64,000 nucleotides of DNA from Chloroflexota bacterium (GTDB taxonomy: Bacteria > Chloroflexota > UBA11872 > VXOZ01): the NCBI GenBank assembly GCA_964291655.2, contig OZ219802.1, positions 1,120,001 to 1,184,000 of the forward strand. The letters are read 5' to 3'. Numbering within the stretch: the stretch's first letter is position 1; the number at the start of each line of letters is the position of its first letter. Both the position numbers and the translations under genes were made by a program. Under the pieces are notes generated by a model. The model worked only from the letters and a program-made list of their open reading frames with translations. It did not search any database and was not told where the DNA came from. This document shows, piece after piece, positions 9,719-20,787 of the stretch.

Positions 9719-10194
9719 GAGACCATTGCGTAACCCCACTTTCAAGCAGGGGCACTCCCTCTCCTTGGGAGGACTCTGTGTAACTCCGTCATTCCGGCGA
9801 AAGCCGGAATCCAGAGTTTATTTACAACTAAAGATAGCATGATGTTAAGTCGTTTCACCCCCATCCAAACCTTTCCCACAAAAGTGAAGGGTTATGCAAA
9901 GGTCGCTCTGGGTAGAGGGACCCGGGTGAGGGCATTTCAGCTTAACCCGTCCTTTTATCTACAAGACCGACACGCAAGAGCACAATGACGGCAAAGAAGC
10001 TCCCCGAATGCGGGAATTTCCCCCTCACCCTAACCCTCTCCCGGCGGAGAACTTTGCAAAACTCCGGCCGGAGGCGCAAGAAATACCCCCTCTCCTTGGG
10101 GAGAGGGGACAATCTCCCTTCCACATGGGTTTTGCAATGGTCTCCAGAGGGAGAGGGGACTTTCCCGCACCGGCAAGAGTTACGCAAAGGTCTC
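9719..10194. repeat. Cluster of GAGACC/GGTCTC-ended mini-elements and REP hairpins
   Basis: 45-bp unit 9719-9763, ~138-bp unit 9770-9907 (copy at 48955-49093), 98-bp unit 10047-10144 in a hairpin loop. Confidence 0.75.
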
Positions 10195-10394
10195 ACTAGG
10201 GTGAAGTCGGCCGGATACGACGTTCGCGCCCAGTCTGAGCATGCGACGAGAAAGACTACGACATGGTTCGCTCTGCCGAGCGCTGCAAGTTGCACTCTCC
10301 CTTATGCCAAAGTGTTGAAGTTTAGGCGATACTGCACGGCTGAACCGCATTTCAGCAAAAATCTCGCGCGCATCCTGCAAACTTTGCGGGTAAT

Positions 10395-10423
10395 TTGACA
10401 TTAACGAGCATGTAGCATACAGT
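10395..10423 (+). promoter_or_regulatory. Sigma70-type promoter upstream of groEL (second candidate TTGACA-N17-CATAAC from 10452)
   Basis: TTGACA-17 nt-TACAGT. Confidence 0.55.
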
Positions 10424-10548
10424 GAATCCCTGTGCTACTGCACAATTTTGCTTGACACGATGAATGAGCAATTCCATAACACAGAATCTGCAAGCACGAA
10501 TCGCCAAGTAGCTACGACTCTCGCCGATTGAATGAGGAGACGATATAC

Positions 10549-12171
10549 ATGCCCAAGATCGTAATCTTTAGCGAAGATGCGCGTAACGCCATGATGAGCG
10601 GTGTTGAGCAAGTCGCCGACACGGTTCAAGCCACTCTAGGCCCCAAGGGGCGCAACGTGGCGCTGAGCTACAAGGAAAAGCTCCCTATCGTTACGCACGA
10701 CGGTGTCACCGTTGCCAAGGAAATTGAGCTGGTCGACAACTTCGAGAATATGGGCGCTCAGCTCATGATACAGGCCGCGAGCAAGACCAACGACGTTGCC
10801 GGTGACGGCACGACTACCGCCACCGTGCTTGCCCACACGCTCATAACTGAAGGACATCGCCACATCGTCGCGGGCGCCAATCCCATGATTCTGAAGCGCG
10901 GTCTGGAGAAGGCCGCTCGGTCAGTGGTCGAGGAGTTGAGAAAGTCTTCCACGCCGGTAAGCGGCAAGGACCAGGTTACCGAAGTTGCCACTATTTCGGC
11001 TGGCGATGCCGGCATCGGTGAACTCATCGGCGAAGTGATGGACAGAGTGGGTAGAGACGGCCTTATCACCGTGGAAGAGGGACAGAGTCTTGGCATTTCA
11101 GTCGAATACGCGGAAGGGATGGAATTCGATCAGGGCCTTCTCTCTCCGTACTTCATTACCGACTCCCTCAATATGCATGCCGTAATCGAAGAGCCATACA
11201 TCTTCATTACCGACCAGAAAATCGACTCACTGGAAGAGATCTTGCCGCTCTTGGAGCGCATGGTGCAACGCGGCGAGAAAAATCTGGCCATCATTGCCTT
11301 GGAAGTAGATTCCCATGCCCTGGCAATGCTCATCACCAATAAATCACGCGGTGTTTTGAATTGTATCGCGGTGAAGGTGCCTGGGTTCGGCGACCGGCGC
11401 AAGGAAACGCTGCGAGATATTGCTATCGTCACCGGCGGCCAGTTAATTTCTGAAGAGGCCGGGAAACGCATCGAGGAAGTGGAGATTGAAGATCTTGGCC
11501 GCGCGCGCCGGATTGTCGCAGATAAAGACACCACTGCCATTATCGAGGGGCATGGAGACGTCGACGAGATTGCCGCGCGTGTGAACCAGATCAAGTCGCG
11601 ATTGCAGGATGGCGCCCCTGAATTCGATCGTGAAAAGCTGGAGGAGCGCGTAGCCAAACTCTCCGGCGGCGTAGCAGTCATTCACGTGGGCGCAGCCACC
11701 GAGATTGAGTTGAAGGAGAGGAAAGACCGCATTGACGATGCCCTTTCTGCCACGCGCGCCGCAGTCGAGGAGGGCATTGTGCCTGGCGGCGGGATTGCCC
11801 TCATTAACGCGGCGTCCGGCCTGGATCGCCTGCGGTTGAAAGGCGATGAAGCGGTGGCGATACCGGTAATGCGCAAGGCCCTGGGAGCGCCGCTCAAGCG
11901 CATCGCCCACAACGCCGGACTGGATGATGCGGTTATTGCCCAAGACGTGCAGCGCTTGGCGAAGAACCGGCGCAACAAGAACACGGGCTATAACGTGCTG
12001 ACCGGTGAGTACGTGGACATGATAAAGGCGGGGATTATCGACCCCCTCAAAGTGGCGCGCTCAGCAGTCGAAAATGCGACCTCGGTCGCATCTATGGTGC
12101 TCACTACTGAGGCGCTGGTCGCCGACGTGCCGAAGGAAGATGTCGAAGTTGAGGGAACGCCTGAGTTTTAG
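10549..12171 (+). CDS. groL: Chaperonin GroEL (paralog, no adjacent groES)
   Basis: TLGPKGRNV, DVAGDGTTTAT, PGFGDRRK, EEGIVPGGG; GAGGAG RBS before ATG 10549. Confidence 0.97.
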   Translation: MPKIVIFSEDARNAMMSGVEQVADTVQATLGPKGRNVALSYKEKLPIVTHDGVTVAKEIELVDNFENMGAQLMIQAASKTNDVAGDGTTTATVLAHTLITEGHRHIVAGANPMILKRGLEKAARSVVEELRKSSTPVSGKDQVTEVATISAGDAGIGELIGEVMDRVGRDGLITVEEGQSLGISVEYAEGMEFDQGLLSPYFITDSLNMHAVIEEPYIFITDQKIDSLEEILPLLERMVQRGEKNLAIIALEVDSHALAMLITNKSRGVLNCIAVKVPGFGDRRKETLRDIAIVTGGQLISEEAGKRIEEVEIEDLGRARRIVADKDTTAIIEGHGDVDEIAARVNQIKSRLQDGAPEFDREKLEERVAKLSGGVAVIHVGAATEIELKERKDRIDDALSATRAAVEEGIVPGGGIALINAASGLDRLRLKGDEAVAIPVMRKALGAPLKRIAHNAGLDDAVIAQDVQRLAKNRRNKNTGYNVLTGEYVDMIKAGIIDPLKVARSAVENATSVASMVLTTEALVADVPKEDVEVEGTPEF

Positions 12172-12494
12172 TGACAGCCCCGCACAATGAATGCTATGGC
12201 CCCTCCAGCGCGGAGGGGCCTGCGTTTTCCCCACCCCATCCCCGAACGCTCGCTCGCCGACAGTGTGCCTCCCGCGCGCGTGAGACACGCTCGTGTTCGC
12301 ACACGAATGCGGCCCTGCATAGCGCCTGCGCCGGCTATTGATACCTTTCCCAAGATCGTCTTCCCTAATCGGTACTTGGCGTAGATTCAGAGGATGACGG
12401 CCCTAAAGACAACTAGATTCAGAACGTGTTTGGCAAGAACTGATGATACTATGTAATTAAGGACCGAATGTGCCGCTACAAAGGAGTAGAACTC

Positions 12495-13109
12495 ATGAAT
12501 AGGCGGGCATTGCTGATTGCAATTGGCTTGATCGTCGTCGTGGTTGGTGGCGCGGGGGCTTGGTGGCTCGGGTCGCCCTTGTTCATCAACACGGTTGTCG
12601 AAGAGGAACTCCCATTCGAGATCCCGACCGCCGCAGAAATGGATGAGATGTCGGAGGACGAGCGTGAGAAGGTAGCCGCAGACGTAATGGATGCGGCGGC
12701 CAAAATGCCGGATAAAGAGATGGAAGAAGATATGCCGGAGATGGCGAATGACGCCCAACCGGTGGTGGTTGCGGAGGGCCAGTTCCAAGATGCCGACGAA
12801 TTTCATAAAGGTACCGGCACTGTGACGCTCTACCGCTTGGCGGACGGCACGCACCTGCTGCGGTTCGAGGACTTCCGCGTGACCAACGGCCCGCAACTGC
12901 ATGTATTGCTGGCAAACCATGCCGACCCTGTCAATCGTGCCGACCTTGAGGAAGGATACATCGATCTGGGTGGGCTCAAAGGGAACGTAGGCAGCCAAAA
13001 CTACGAGATTGCGGCTGACATTGCCATCGACCCCATCAACAGCATCGTAATCTATTGCAAGCCCTTCCATGTGGTCTTTTCCACGGCTGCGCTTAGCAGC
13101 GGAAGCTAA
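12495..13109 (+). CDS. DM13 domain protein with N-terminal membrane anchor
   Basis: GQFQDAD.FH.GTG, LRFEDF.VTNGP.LHV, DLGGLKGNVGSQNY, IYCKPF; AAGGAG RBS. Confidence 0.9.
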   Translation: MNRRALLIAIGLIVVVVGGAGAWWLGSPLFINTVVEEELPFEIPTAAEMDEMSEDEREKVAADVMDAAAKMPDKEMEEDMPEMANDAQPVVVAEGQFQDADEFHKGTGTVTLYRLADGTHLLRFEDFRVTNGPQLHVLLANHADPVNRADLEEGYIDLGGLKGNVGSQNYEIAADIAIDPINSIVIYCKPFHVVFSTAALSSGS

Positions 13110-13208
13110 CATCGGGGCGCACGAACTAGCCGTACCGGACGCAGCGAGGAACCTTGAGCGAATGCACGAGGTTCCTCGCTGCTCTGCATTTAAGACAAGA
13201 GACAAAAC

Positions 13209-13505
13209 GTAGCGCGGGGGCTTGTCCCCCGCCCGCATGGCGTGCCGGCAAAGCAGAGTCGATAGTTTCCCTCTCCGTTTCCAGCGCGGGGCAAACTGCT
13301 CGAAAGGGTGGCAGACTGCCCTTTGGTCTGGTGTGACGGCAATGCAGTCCCGTGGTCCTCTGGCCCTGATCAGACGCAGGTTGCAAACCTGCGCTACTGG
13401 AGAGGAAGGGCATATAGAGACGTAGCGCGGGGGCTTGCCCTCCGCCCGCATGGCGTGCCGGCAAATGAGAGTCGATAGTTTCCCTGTCCATTTCCAGCGC
13501 GGGGG
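13209..13505. repeat. Two direct ~85-bp copies headed by a GTAG-REP, with an inverted GTAGCGCAGGTTTGCAACCTGCG REP between them
   Basis: 13209-13292 is similar to 13422-13505. Confidence 0.8.
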
Positions 13506-13787
13506 CTTGTCCTCCGCTAGGGGCAGCACGCAGGGCGTAATGAGGAGATGGGATGGCGCTTGCGCGGGAACGGTAAGTGACAAGCGCTTCGCCGACAGAA
13601 ATAGAAAATGCAACAGAGAGATGCCACGACCGCATGACGGCTAACTTACACAGGAGGTAGCTCTGTAGAGTAGGCGTGACAGCTCAAGTAGCGATAACGA
13701 ACGTGGCGGGCGGCACATGAAACGTCACTCCGGCGAAAGCCGGAGTCCAGGGTTGAGACAAAGATTGATTCCGTCTTTTGCCGGAAT

Positions 13788-13919
13788 CGTAGGTGTCTGG
13801 TATTTCATTGAGAGCTTTGGCAGAGGAAACATGGGATCTAAACCCTGTGCTTGCCTGCCTGCATGTCAACACTGCAAATTGGGGAGAGGATTCTGTCAAC
13901 GAATCACTCAACACCCACA
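13788..13919. mobile_element. MITE family B copy 2 (132 bp, degenerate)
   Basis: CGTAGGTGTCTGGTATTTCATTGA .. CTGTCAACGAATCACTCAACACCCACA; GGAAT at 13783-13787 and 13920-13924. Confidence 0.65.
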
Positions 13920-14047
13920 GGAATAGCGGGACGGGTTGCGGGAATTTCTCACTGCAAGGTGATCGGCTAACCTAATCGATCAGGCAAGTCGCAGGCTGCA
14001 AACATATCCTGAGTCTTGCCGAAGGGCCTGTGCTACCGGAGGAAAGC

Positions 14048-14078
14048 AAAACGAGCGCCGACGGTCGGCGCTCGTTTC
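14048..14078. terminator. Rho-independent terminator downstream of the CtaA-family gene
   Basis: AAAACGAGCGCCGAC-G-GTCGGCGCTCGTTT inverted repeat. Confidence 0.8.
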
Positions 14079-14103
14079 GTACGTGATGCCGGTTTTCACA
14101 TGT

Positions 14104-15093
14104 TTATGCCGGGTCGGGTGCAGCCGATTCAGTGTGCGACGCGACCGGGGCGGCGATTTCTTGCGTCTGCTCGGCTTCGCGGGTAAGCGGCCAGAAGAAG
14201 AGCGCCGTTCCCGCAGCCATGATCAAGGAGGCGGTGAAGACGTGGGCGACGCGCAGCGCCGTAGGCAAGCCCATGAGCACCTGCGTGAAGCCAAGTGTGA
14301 TCTGCAACGCCAGGAGTGCGATCACGAGAATTCCCAGGTATTTCGCACTGGTCTGGTCCACGCGCAAACGCCAGCCCGCCAGCAGCGCGAGGGCAATCGC
14401 GAAGACGTAGGAAGCATACCTGTGGCCCATGTGTACTTCCTCGAGGACACGGCTTGAGCCGCCCCCGCCATCGCAGCTCAGCACGCCGTGGCAAGCAATT
14501 CCGGCTCCCATGCCGACGACCAATGCGCCGGAGACCACGACGAGCAGGCCGGCCATCAGGGCGGCAATACCCCGCCATTTCGGCATTCCATCTATACTCA
14601 GCGCACGATTCTGCACATGTACCGCGCCCATTACAGTCGCGGCGATAAAGAGCATGGATATCGTGAGATGGGAACCCACGAGCAGAGCCGGTAGTTCTGT
14701 GAGTACCGTCACTGCGCCAAGCACAATCTGCACAACGAGTAAGAGTGAAAAAGCAAGCACGATGGGTCGTATCTGGCGCAGGCTGCCTTGACCGAACCAC
14801 GCCTTAATCAACACCCAGACGACGCCAACGGTCAAGAACAACGCCAGGAAGCGATGCACAAACTCAATGACTGCTGCCGTTTCGAAAGGCGGAATCACTT
14901 GACCTGAACAGAGCGGCCAATCGGGACACCCCAGTCCCGAGCCCGTTGCCCGTACCACCGCTCCCCATAGAATGTGAATGAGGGCCAGTGCGACGACACT
15001 CCACATTACCCGCTTCACCCACGTTTCGGGGTGTTTCATCGCATTACTCACGCTTTCCTCCTCTTGTGTACGATCCTGCTTAAAGTGTAGCAC
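14104..15093 (-). CDS. ctaA: COX15/CtaA family heme A synthase (start probably GTG about 15051 or ATG 15039)
   Basis: GAVVRATGSGLGCPDWPLC, IEFVHR, HMGHR, eight TM helices. Confidence 0.85.
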   Translation of the reverse strand: MLHFKQDRTQEEESVSNAMKHPETWVKRVMWSVVALALIHILWGAVVRATGSGLGCPDWPLCSGQVIPPFETAAVIEFVHRFLALFLTVGVVWVLIKAWFGQGSLRQIRPIVLAFSLLLVVQIVLGAVTVLTELPALLVGSHLTISMLFIAATVMGAVHVQNRALSIDGMPKWRGIAALMAGLLVVVSGALVVGMGAGIACHGVLSCDGGGGSSRVLEEVHMGHRYASYVFAIALALLAGWRLRVDQTSAKYLGILVIALLALQITLGFTQVLMGLPTALRVAHVFTASLIMAAGTALFFWPLTREAEQTQEIAAPVASHTESAAPDPA

Positions 15094-15299
15094 TAATCCT
15101 GCTTTGATGACACTATTTCACGGAAAGATCGAGTTGCCAGGGGGGTGCATCCGTGTCATTATCATGGGCAAAGCAGTTGCCGCCCTAGAATCGGCTTGAA
15201 GTCGCCTACTCCCACATAGATTGCAGTCTCGGAGCGTAGGCAGTCCGGCAAAATGGGCATAGCAGCGGGTAGATTACGTTATTCAGCAAGGAGGCATCC

Positions 15300-16322
15300 A
15301 TGTCGGGAAAAGTCAAAATTGTTGCCCTCGAATCGGCACACCCCCACATACACAGCTTGATCAGGCAGGCGCAAGAGCAAGAAGGCGCCGAGTTTGTCGG
15401 CTTTGCCGATCCCAATCCCAAACGCCGCGCTCTCACCAAGGAGCGCAACGAGTTTGACGACGACATGGTCTTTGCCGACTATGAACAACTTCTCGACGAG
15501 CGCCAGCCGGATGGTGCGCTCATTTGTTCCACCAATGCCGATCACGTCAAATACGTGGAGGCGCTGGCGCAGCGCGGCATTCACATCATGTTGGAGAAAC
15601 CGTTTGCCGCGAGCCTCTCGGATGCCGACCGCATGATCGCCGCGTGCGAACAGCATGGTGTGACGCTAATGATCAACTTTCCCACGGCGTGGGGTCCGGC
15701 CTTGCGGCGGGCGCGCGAGATTGCGCAGTCCGGTGCGTTGGGGCAGGTCTTTCAGATCGCGTTTCGGGGCGGACACATGGGACCCACCGGCGACTTTGAC
15801 ACGTGGTGGTACCGCCCGCAGGACGGCGGCGGCGTGTTGCTGGACTACTGCTGCTATGCGGCCAATGTCTTTACATGGATTCTCGGCAAACAGCCCCGCC
15901 AGGTCTGCGGCATGGCCGATACCCTGGTGAAGCCGGTAAGGTCCGAAGACAATGCCGTACTGCTGCTGCGTTACGACGACGCGCTCTGCGTCAGCCAGGC
16001 CACCTGGACCCGCTTCGGACCCGAGCCGATCCACGGGCCGGTCATTAACGGCACCGAAGGCAGCGTGACCATGGTTGGCAGAGAGCAACTCAAGCACTGC
16101 ACGCAGGAGAACCCCGAAGGCGACATCATTGACGTGCCGCCGCTGTCGGAACCGCACATGCAGAACGGACCTGCGTACTTCGTCCACGCGCTGCTGAACG
16201 GCACCGCCATCGAAACGCCGTGCGACCCCGCATTCAACCGGGACGGACAGGAAATCCTGGAAGCGGGCAAGATCGCGGTGCAGACCGGTGTGACCGTGAA
16301 TCTGCCCATACTGCCGGCCTAG
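15300..16322 (+). CDS. Gfo/Idh/MocA family oxidoreductase
   Basis: HIMLEKPFA, GGGVLLDYCCY, EDNA. Confidence 0.92.
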   Translation: MSGKVKIVALESAHPHIHSLIRQAQEQEGAEFVGFADPNPKRRALTKERNEFDDDMVFADYEQLLDERQPDGALICSTNADHVKYVEALAQRGIHIMLEKPFAASLSDADRMIAACEQHGVTLMINFPTAWGPALRRAREIAQSGALGQVFQIAFRGGHMGPTGDFDTWWYRPQDGGGVLLDYCCYAANVFTWILGKQPRQVCGMADTLVKPVRSEDNAVLLLRYDDALCVSQATWTRFGPEPIHGPVINGTEGSVTMVGREQLKHCTQENPEGDIIDVPPLSEPHMQNGPAYFVHALLNGTAIETPCDPAFNRDGQEILEAGKIAVQTGVTVNLPILPA

Positions 16323-16572
16323 GCTGAACATCCTAGCAACTCAGTTGGACGATGGAGAGGGAATGCGACGCATTCCCTCTCTCGGTATGGATGGGAGTTT
16401 GCAATGGCGCGCCGCGCGAACACATCCGTTTGGCCATTGAGTTCTGAGAATGGGTGCAATTGACCGGGATTTCTCATACTAGAGCGCCAGACCAGTTCGA
16501 ATTAGCCATGAGACTAGATTCAGTGTGGAGGCACGGGCAAGATTACATTAGACCTGCAATTCGTTCAGGCTG

Positions 16573-16631
16573 CGCGCAGCAGGATTCACGTAGCAGGATT
16601 CGCGTAGCAGGGCTCGCGCAGCAGGATTCGC
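16573..16631. repeat. 4 x 14-bp tandem repeat C(G/A)CG(C/T)AGCAGG(A/G)(T/C)T
   Basis: Units at 16573, 16587, 16601, 16615. Confidence 0.85.
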
Positions 16632-16697
16632 TCAGCCCTCAACACGAACGGTACCAGAGGAGTACATGCTAGTCTGCTACAGGTCTTGACCATCGAA

Positions 16698-16716
16698 TAT
16701 ACCCCCCAGTAGTATA
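16698..16716 (+). promoter_or_regulatory. Candidate CsoR-type copper operator overlapping the copA promoter
   Basis: TATACCCCCCAGTAGTATA pseudo-palindrome with C tract, just after TTGACC, upstream of copA. Confidence 0.5.
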
Positions 16717-16848
16717 AAGATAGTGATGTAGTTGGTGCGCGCCGCTGGAGGCTTGTGCATAGAGTGGCGCCAACAAGCGGCAATTGACTGGGCCAGGTTC
16801 TTTCTGCCGGCTCCGCTGCCAGGTTCTCAATTCCAAGAAAGTTGATCC

Positions 16849-19326
16849 ATGGCAATTGCTGAACATACTAAGCGAAAAGAGTCTCTTGCGCTGGCCGTAG
16901 AGGGCATGACGTGCGCGGCCTGCGTATGGCGCATCGAAGAAGCCATCACGCGCCTGCCCGGCGTGCATGAAGCGGCCGTTAACTTGGCGACGGAACGCGC
17001 GCAAGTGTCATACGACCCGGACGCAGTGACACCCGCCGCCGTCGCGCAGGCCGTGACAGCAGCGGGCTATACTCCTGCCGTCGTCAAGCGTACGTTGCGC
17101 GTGCCCGGCATGCAGGACGGCTCGGCGGTCAGCCGCGTTGAAGCGGCGCTCCACGCTGTGCCGGGAGTCCTGACTGCGAACGTCAATCTGGCGGCAGAGC
17201 AAATTCTCGTCTCTCATCTTCCCGACGTAACTGAAGTGAACGCGCTCAAAGTAGCGGCCGCTGCTGCCGGTTATACGTTGGAAGACGAAGAACAAGATCC
17301 GGCTGCGGACCAAGAGGTAGCCGCGCCTGCGGCGAGGAGTGCGGCGCAACGCGACTTGCGTGTCCAATTGGGCGTCTCTCTGGCGCTTTCTCTCGTGATC
17401 CTGCTTGGCAGCATGGGAGGCCAATTCCTGCCCTTTGTGCGCGGCTCCATAATTGAAAACCCCTTCCTGCTGTGGGCATTGGCGACTCCTGTGCAGTTCT
17501 GGGCGGGTTGGCGCTTCTACCGGGGCGCGTGGGCAACGCTGAGGCATTTTGCCTTCGATATGAATGTGCTCATCGCCATCGGAACGAGCGCAGCCTACTT
17601 CTTCAGTGTGGCGACTGCGCTGGCGCCGGAGTTCTTTGCCGGCCAGGCTGTAAGCGGCGAAGCCCCGCGCTATTTCGATACGGCTGCGGTCATTATCACC
17701 CTGATTCTGCTGGGGCGTTTCCTGGAGACACGCGCAAAGCGCCAGACCGCGACTGCTATCCACGCCTTGATGGACTTCCAACCGCAGATTGCGTTGGTCG
17801 TACGTGACGGCACACCCGAAGAAATTCCGCTGGCTCAGGTAGCCGTGGGCGATGTCATGCAAGTGCGACCTGGAGATCGCGTGCCGGTGGACGGCGTTGT
17901 GATTGAAGGGCAGAGCGCAGTCGATGAGTCGATGCTCACGGGCGAGAGCATGCCGGTAGAAAAAGGCCCCGGCGCTGAAGTCGTGGGCGGTTCGCTGAAT
18001 ACGACCGGAGCTTTCACCTTCCGCGCCTCGCGAGTAGGCAAAGACACCGCGCTCGCGCATATCGTGCGCTTGATTGAAGAGGCCCAGGGATCTAAAGCGC
18101 CGCTCCAACGACTAACGGACCGCATAGCCGCTCACTTTGTGCCCGTCGTAATCGGTGTTGCCCTGCTCACGTTTCTCGTTTGGTTTCTCGTTGGACCCGA
18201 GCCGACGTTTACGCCTGCGCTGCTGGCCTTTGTGGCGGTCCTCATCATAGCCTGTCCCTGCGCGCTGGGCCTGGCGACACCTACGGCTGTGATGGTTGCC
18301 ATGGGCGCGGGCGCCGCCAAGGGCGTGCTCGTGCGCGATGCGGAGGCGCTGGAACGCTTACACAGTGTGACCACGGTAGTCCTGGACAAGACGGGCACGC
18401 TGACCCAAGGTACTCCGGAAGTTACGAATACAATCGCAACGGGCATATCCGAATCCGAGTTGCTCCGTCTCGCCGCTGCGTCGGAACAGTCCAGCGAGCA
18501 TCCCTTGAGCCAAGCGGTGGTGCGGGCAGCGCAGGCCAGAGGCCTGGCAATCCCTCCCGCCATGGGCTTCATCGCAGCGCCGGGACGGGGTATCCGCGCA
18601 GAGGTAGCAGGCAAGCTCGTTCGGGTCGGCAATCAAGCCTACATGGCAGAGAGCGGGGTGGACCAACAATCGCTCGCCGCGCTCGAAGCGCAGGTGCAAG
18701 CATTCAACGACGTTGGCAAGACCGTGCTCTTGGTGGCTCTCGATGGCGCGGTGGTAGGCACGATCGCGGTAGCCGACGCGCTCAAGCCAAGCGCCCAGGC
18801 AATGGTCCAAACGCTGCGCGCCCGGGGACTGGCGATAGTGATGCTCACGGGTGACGCGATGCGTACTGCTCACGCCATTGCCGCTCAGCTCGGCATTGAA
18901 AGCGTGTTGGCAGAGGTTATGCCCGGGCAGAAAGCGGCGGTCATTCAGAAGCGGCAAGAAGCTAATGAGGTCGTCGCCATGGTGGGAGACGGCATAAACG
19001 ATGCTCCTGGGCTCGCCCAGGCCGACGTGGGCATTGCGCTGGGGGCCGGCGCCGACGTGGCGCTGGAAGCCGCGGACATTACCCTCAAGGGCGAGAACCT
19101 CGGCGCCCTGGAGACCGCCTTCACGCTCTCCCGAGCTACGCGCCGCACCATTTGGCAAAACCTGGGCTGGGCGTTTGGCTACAACGTGGTGCTCATCCCG
19201 GTGGCGGCAGGCGTTTTATATCCTCTATTCGGGATCGTCCTTAGCCCCATGCTCGCAGCAGGGGCGATGGCGCTTTCATCGGTCTCAGTGGTGACAAACT
19301 CCCTGCGTTTGCGGAGCATCGTATGA
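16849..19326 (+). CDS. copA: Cu(I)-translocating P1B-type ATPase
   Basis: [45 protein letters not shown] and MALSS motifs. Confidence 0.95.
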   Translation: MAIAEHTKRKESLALAVEGMTCAACVWRIEEAITRLPGVHEAAVNLATERAQVSYDPDAVTPAAVAQAVTAAGYTPAVVKRTLRVPGMQDGSAVSRVEAALHAVPGVLTANVNLAAEQILVSHLPDVTEVNALKVAAAAAGYTLEDEEQDPAADQEVAAPAARSAAQRDLRVQLGVSLALSLVILLGSMGGQFLPFVRGSIIENPFLLWALATPVQFWAGWRFYRGAWATLRHFAFDMNVLIAIGTSAAYFFSVATALAPEFFAGQAVSGEAPRYFDTAAVIITLILLGRFLETRAKRQTATAIHALMDFQPQIALVVRDGTPEEIPLAQVAVGDVMQVRPGDRVPVDGVVIEGQSAVDESMLTGESMPVEKGPGAEVVGGSLNTTGAFTFRASRVGKDTALAHIVRLIEEAQGSKAPLQRLTDRIAAHFVPVVIGVALLTFLVWFLVGPEPTFTPALLAFVAVLIIACPCALGLATPTAVMVAMGAGAAKGVLVRDAEALERLHSVTTVVLDKTGTLTQGTPEVTNTIATGISESELLRLAAASEQSSEHPLSQAVVRAAQARGLAIPPAMGFIAAPGRGIRAEVAGKLVRVGNQAYMAESGVDQQSLAALEAQVQAFNDVGKTVLLVALDGAVVGTIAVADALKPSAQAMVQTLRARGLAIVMLTGDAMRTAHAIAAQLGIESVLAEVMPGQKAAVIQKRQEANEVVAMVGDGINDAPGLAQADVGIALGAGADVALEAADITLKGENLGALETAFTLSRATRRTIWQNLGWAFGYNVVLIPVAAGVLYPLFGIVLSPMLAAGAMALSSVSVVTNSLRLRSIV

Positions 19327-19403
19327 GGACCTTCTTGGGGTAAAGGGGGAGGAAGGCAGAGTTGCAATCAGCCTTTTTGGAAGCGTCCGAGGAGCGTCAT
19401 TCC

Positions 19404-19671
19404 TGTAAGTGTCAGATAATTCGTTGGCAGATTCAAGTACAAAAGCAACCTTCCGCAGTGTTAGACATGACTAGTAAACATGTCATTCCGAACGAAGCGC
19501 AGCGAAGAGTCGCTCTTAGCGCGGAATCTAATGTGCTGAAGCCGCTATAGTGCGTTGAGCAGGAACCCTAGATTCCGCGAACATCGTTCGACGCTTCGCT
19601 CGGAATGACAAGGCCTTGTAGCGCTTTCTACGGGGAAGCGAATTCTGTCAACGAATTACTCAACACTTACG
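19404..19671. mobile_element. MITE family B copy 3 (268 bp, inverted relative to copy 1)
   Basis: TGTAAGTGTCAGATAATTCGTTGGCAG .. CTGTCAACGAATTACTCAACACTTACG; ATTCC at 19399-19403 and 19672-19676; interior is largely the reverse complement of 8006-8261. Confidence 0.8.
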
Positions 19672-20213
19672 ATTCCGAGCCCAGCGTCGAACTCTGTTCG
19701 CGAAAAACTCGGCCTCTAACAGAGCACTCAAATTGCGGTCAACTGCTTACGCGTTAGGCAGCGGGGGGAAAAGTCAACATGCAGTCGCACAAACCACTGC
19801 GGCGAGGAAGACGAGACTCTCGATCCGCCCACATCCTCGGTAGCGCAGGTTTGCAACCTGCGTCTGCTGCAGTGAAGACCTCTATGTGCCCTATTCTCTC
19901 GTGTGACAATGTTGGAAAATACGCCCTATGCTGCTTACTCCGGCGGCAAGCCCCCTTGCTGGTTTAACGCGACAGCACTTGAACGCAAGTCCCCGCGCTA
20001 CGGCAAGTGCAAGAGTCTCGTGGGCAGCACCGGCAGACCTGCAAGAGTCGATCAATTTGGAGACACGGTCACTGCGACATCCAATGGGGAAACTGCGTAG
20101 AATGGACGTAGCATACAGAGGCTTACGCCTTGCCACTGGCCGGACGGCAGGAGCAAGTCCACTCTCATGAAGACACCGGCCACGATCGAATAGACGCTGT
20201 AAGGAGCGCCACA

Positions 20214-20360
20214 ATGGCAAAATGCGCAACCTGTAATGAATCAGTAGACACAGCTACTACCGAGACCAAGGTAGAGTACCGGGGCACGGTCTACTACTTC
20301 TGCTGCGGCCACTGCCAGGCCGCCTTCGAGCAGGAGCCGGAGCGGTACGTCGAGGCCTAG
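20214..20360 (+). CDS. YHS/TRASH domain small metal-binding protein
   Basis: CATC..EYRGTVYYFCCGHC..AFEQEPERY; AAGGAG RBS. Confidence 0.85.
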   Translation: MAKCATCNESVDTATTETKVEYRGTVYYFCCGHCQAAFEQEPERYVEA

Positions 20361-20787
20361 CCGGAGCAGTGGAGCGGAAAGGCCCCACCGCTGCCTCTCC
20401 TTTTCACACGCGTGAGATGTGGTGGTCTTCGCGCACGATCTTTACAGTGATACTCGCGTAATGTCTAGATTCTTAGCTGTTTCTTAGGCAGCATTGCAAT
20501 GACCTCCGATTCCTTGCTATATGAGGGATCCACGGCGTGTCTTGCCTTCAATATGCCGTTTCAAGTCCTGCCCAAGCGGCAGGACTTAGTCTTTTAATGC
20601 TTGACATACTGCATCTCTGTGCAACCATGGATTCAATACCCGGCGCCTGGATGGGAGTCAATTGAAGGTTGCTGATGGCGTCGTTGAACTAAGGCGTCGT
20701 TTGGCGTTCGTGTCGTCAGGCAGGAGTGCCATCACAAACGACCGTCCACCCTTCTAGCGCTGCACTTTGGGGGAAAGGAGCAGAGCA

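Noticed and set aside
12387-13613. 408-aa - strand ORF
   Set aside because: Composed of REP translations plus the antisense of the DM13 gene.
17100-17130. Degenerate second HMA domain of CopA (MQDGSA) as a novelty
   Set aside because: Loss of CxxC in one N-terminal metal-binding domain is common in P1B-1 ATPases.
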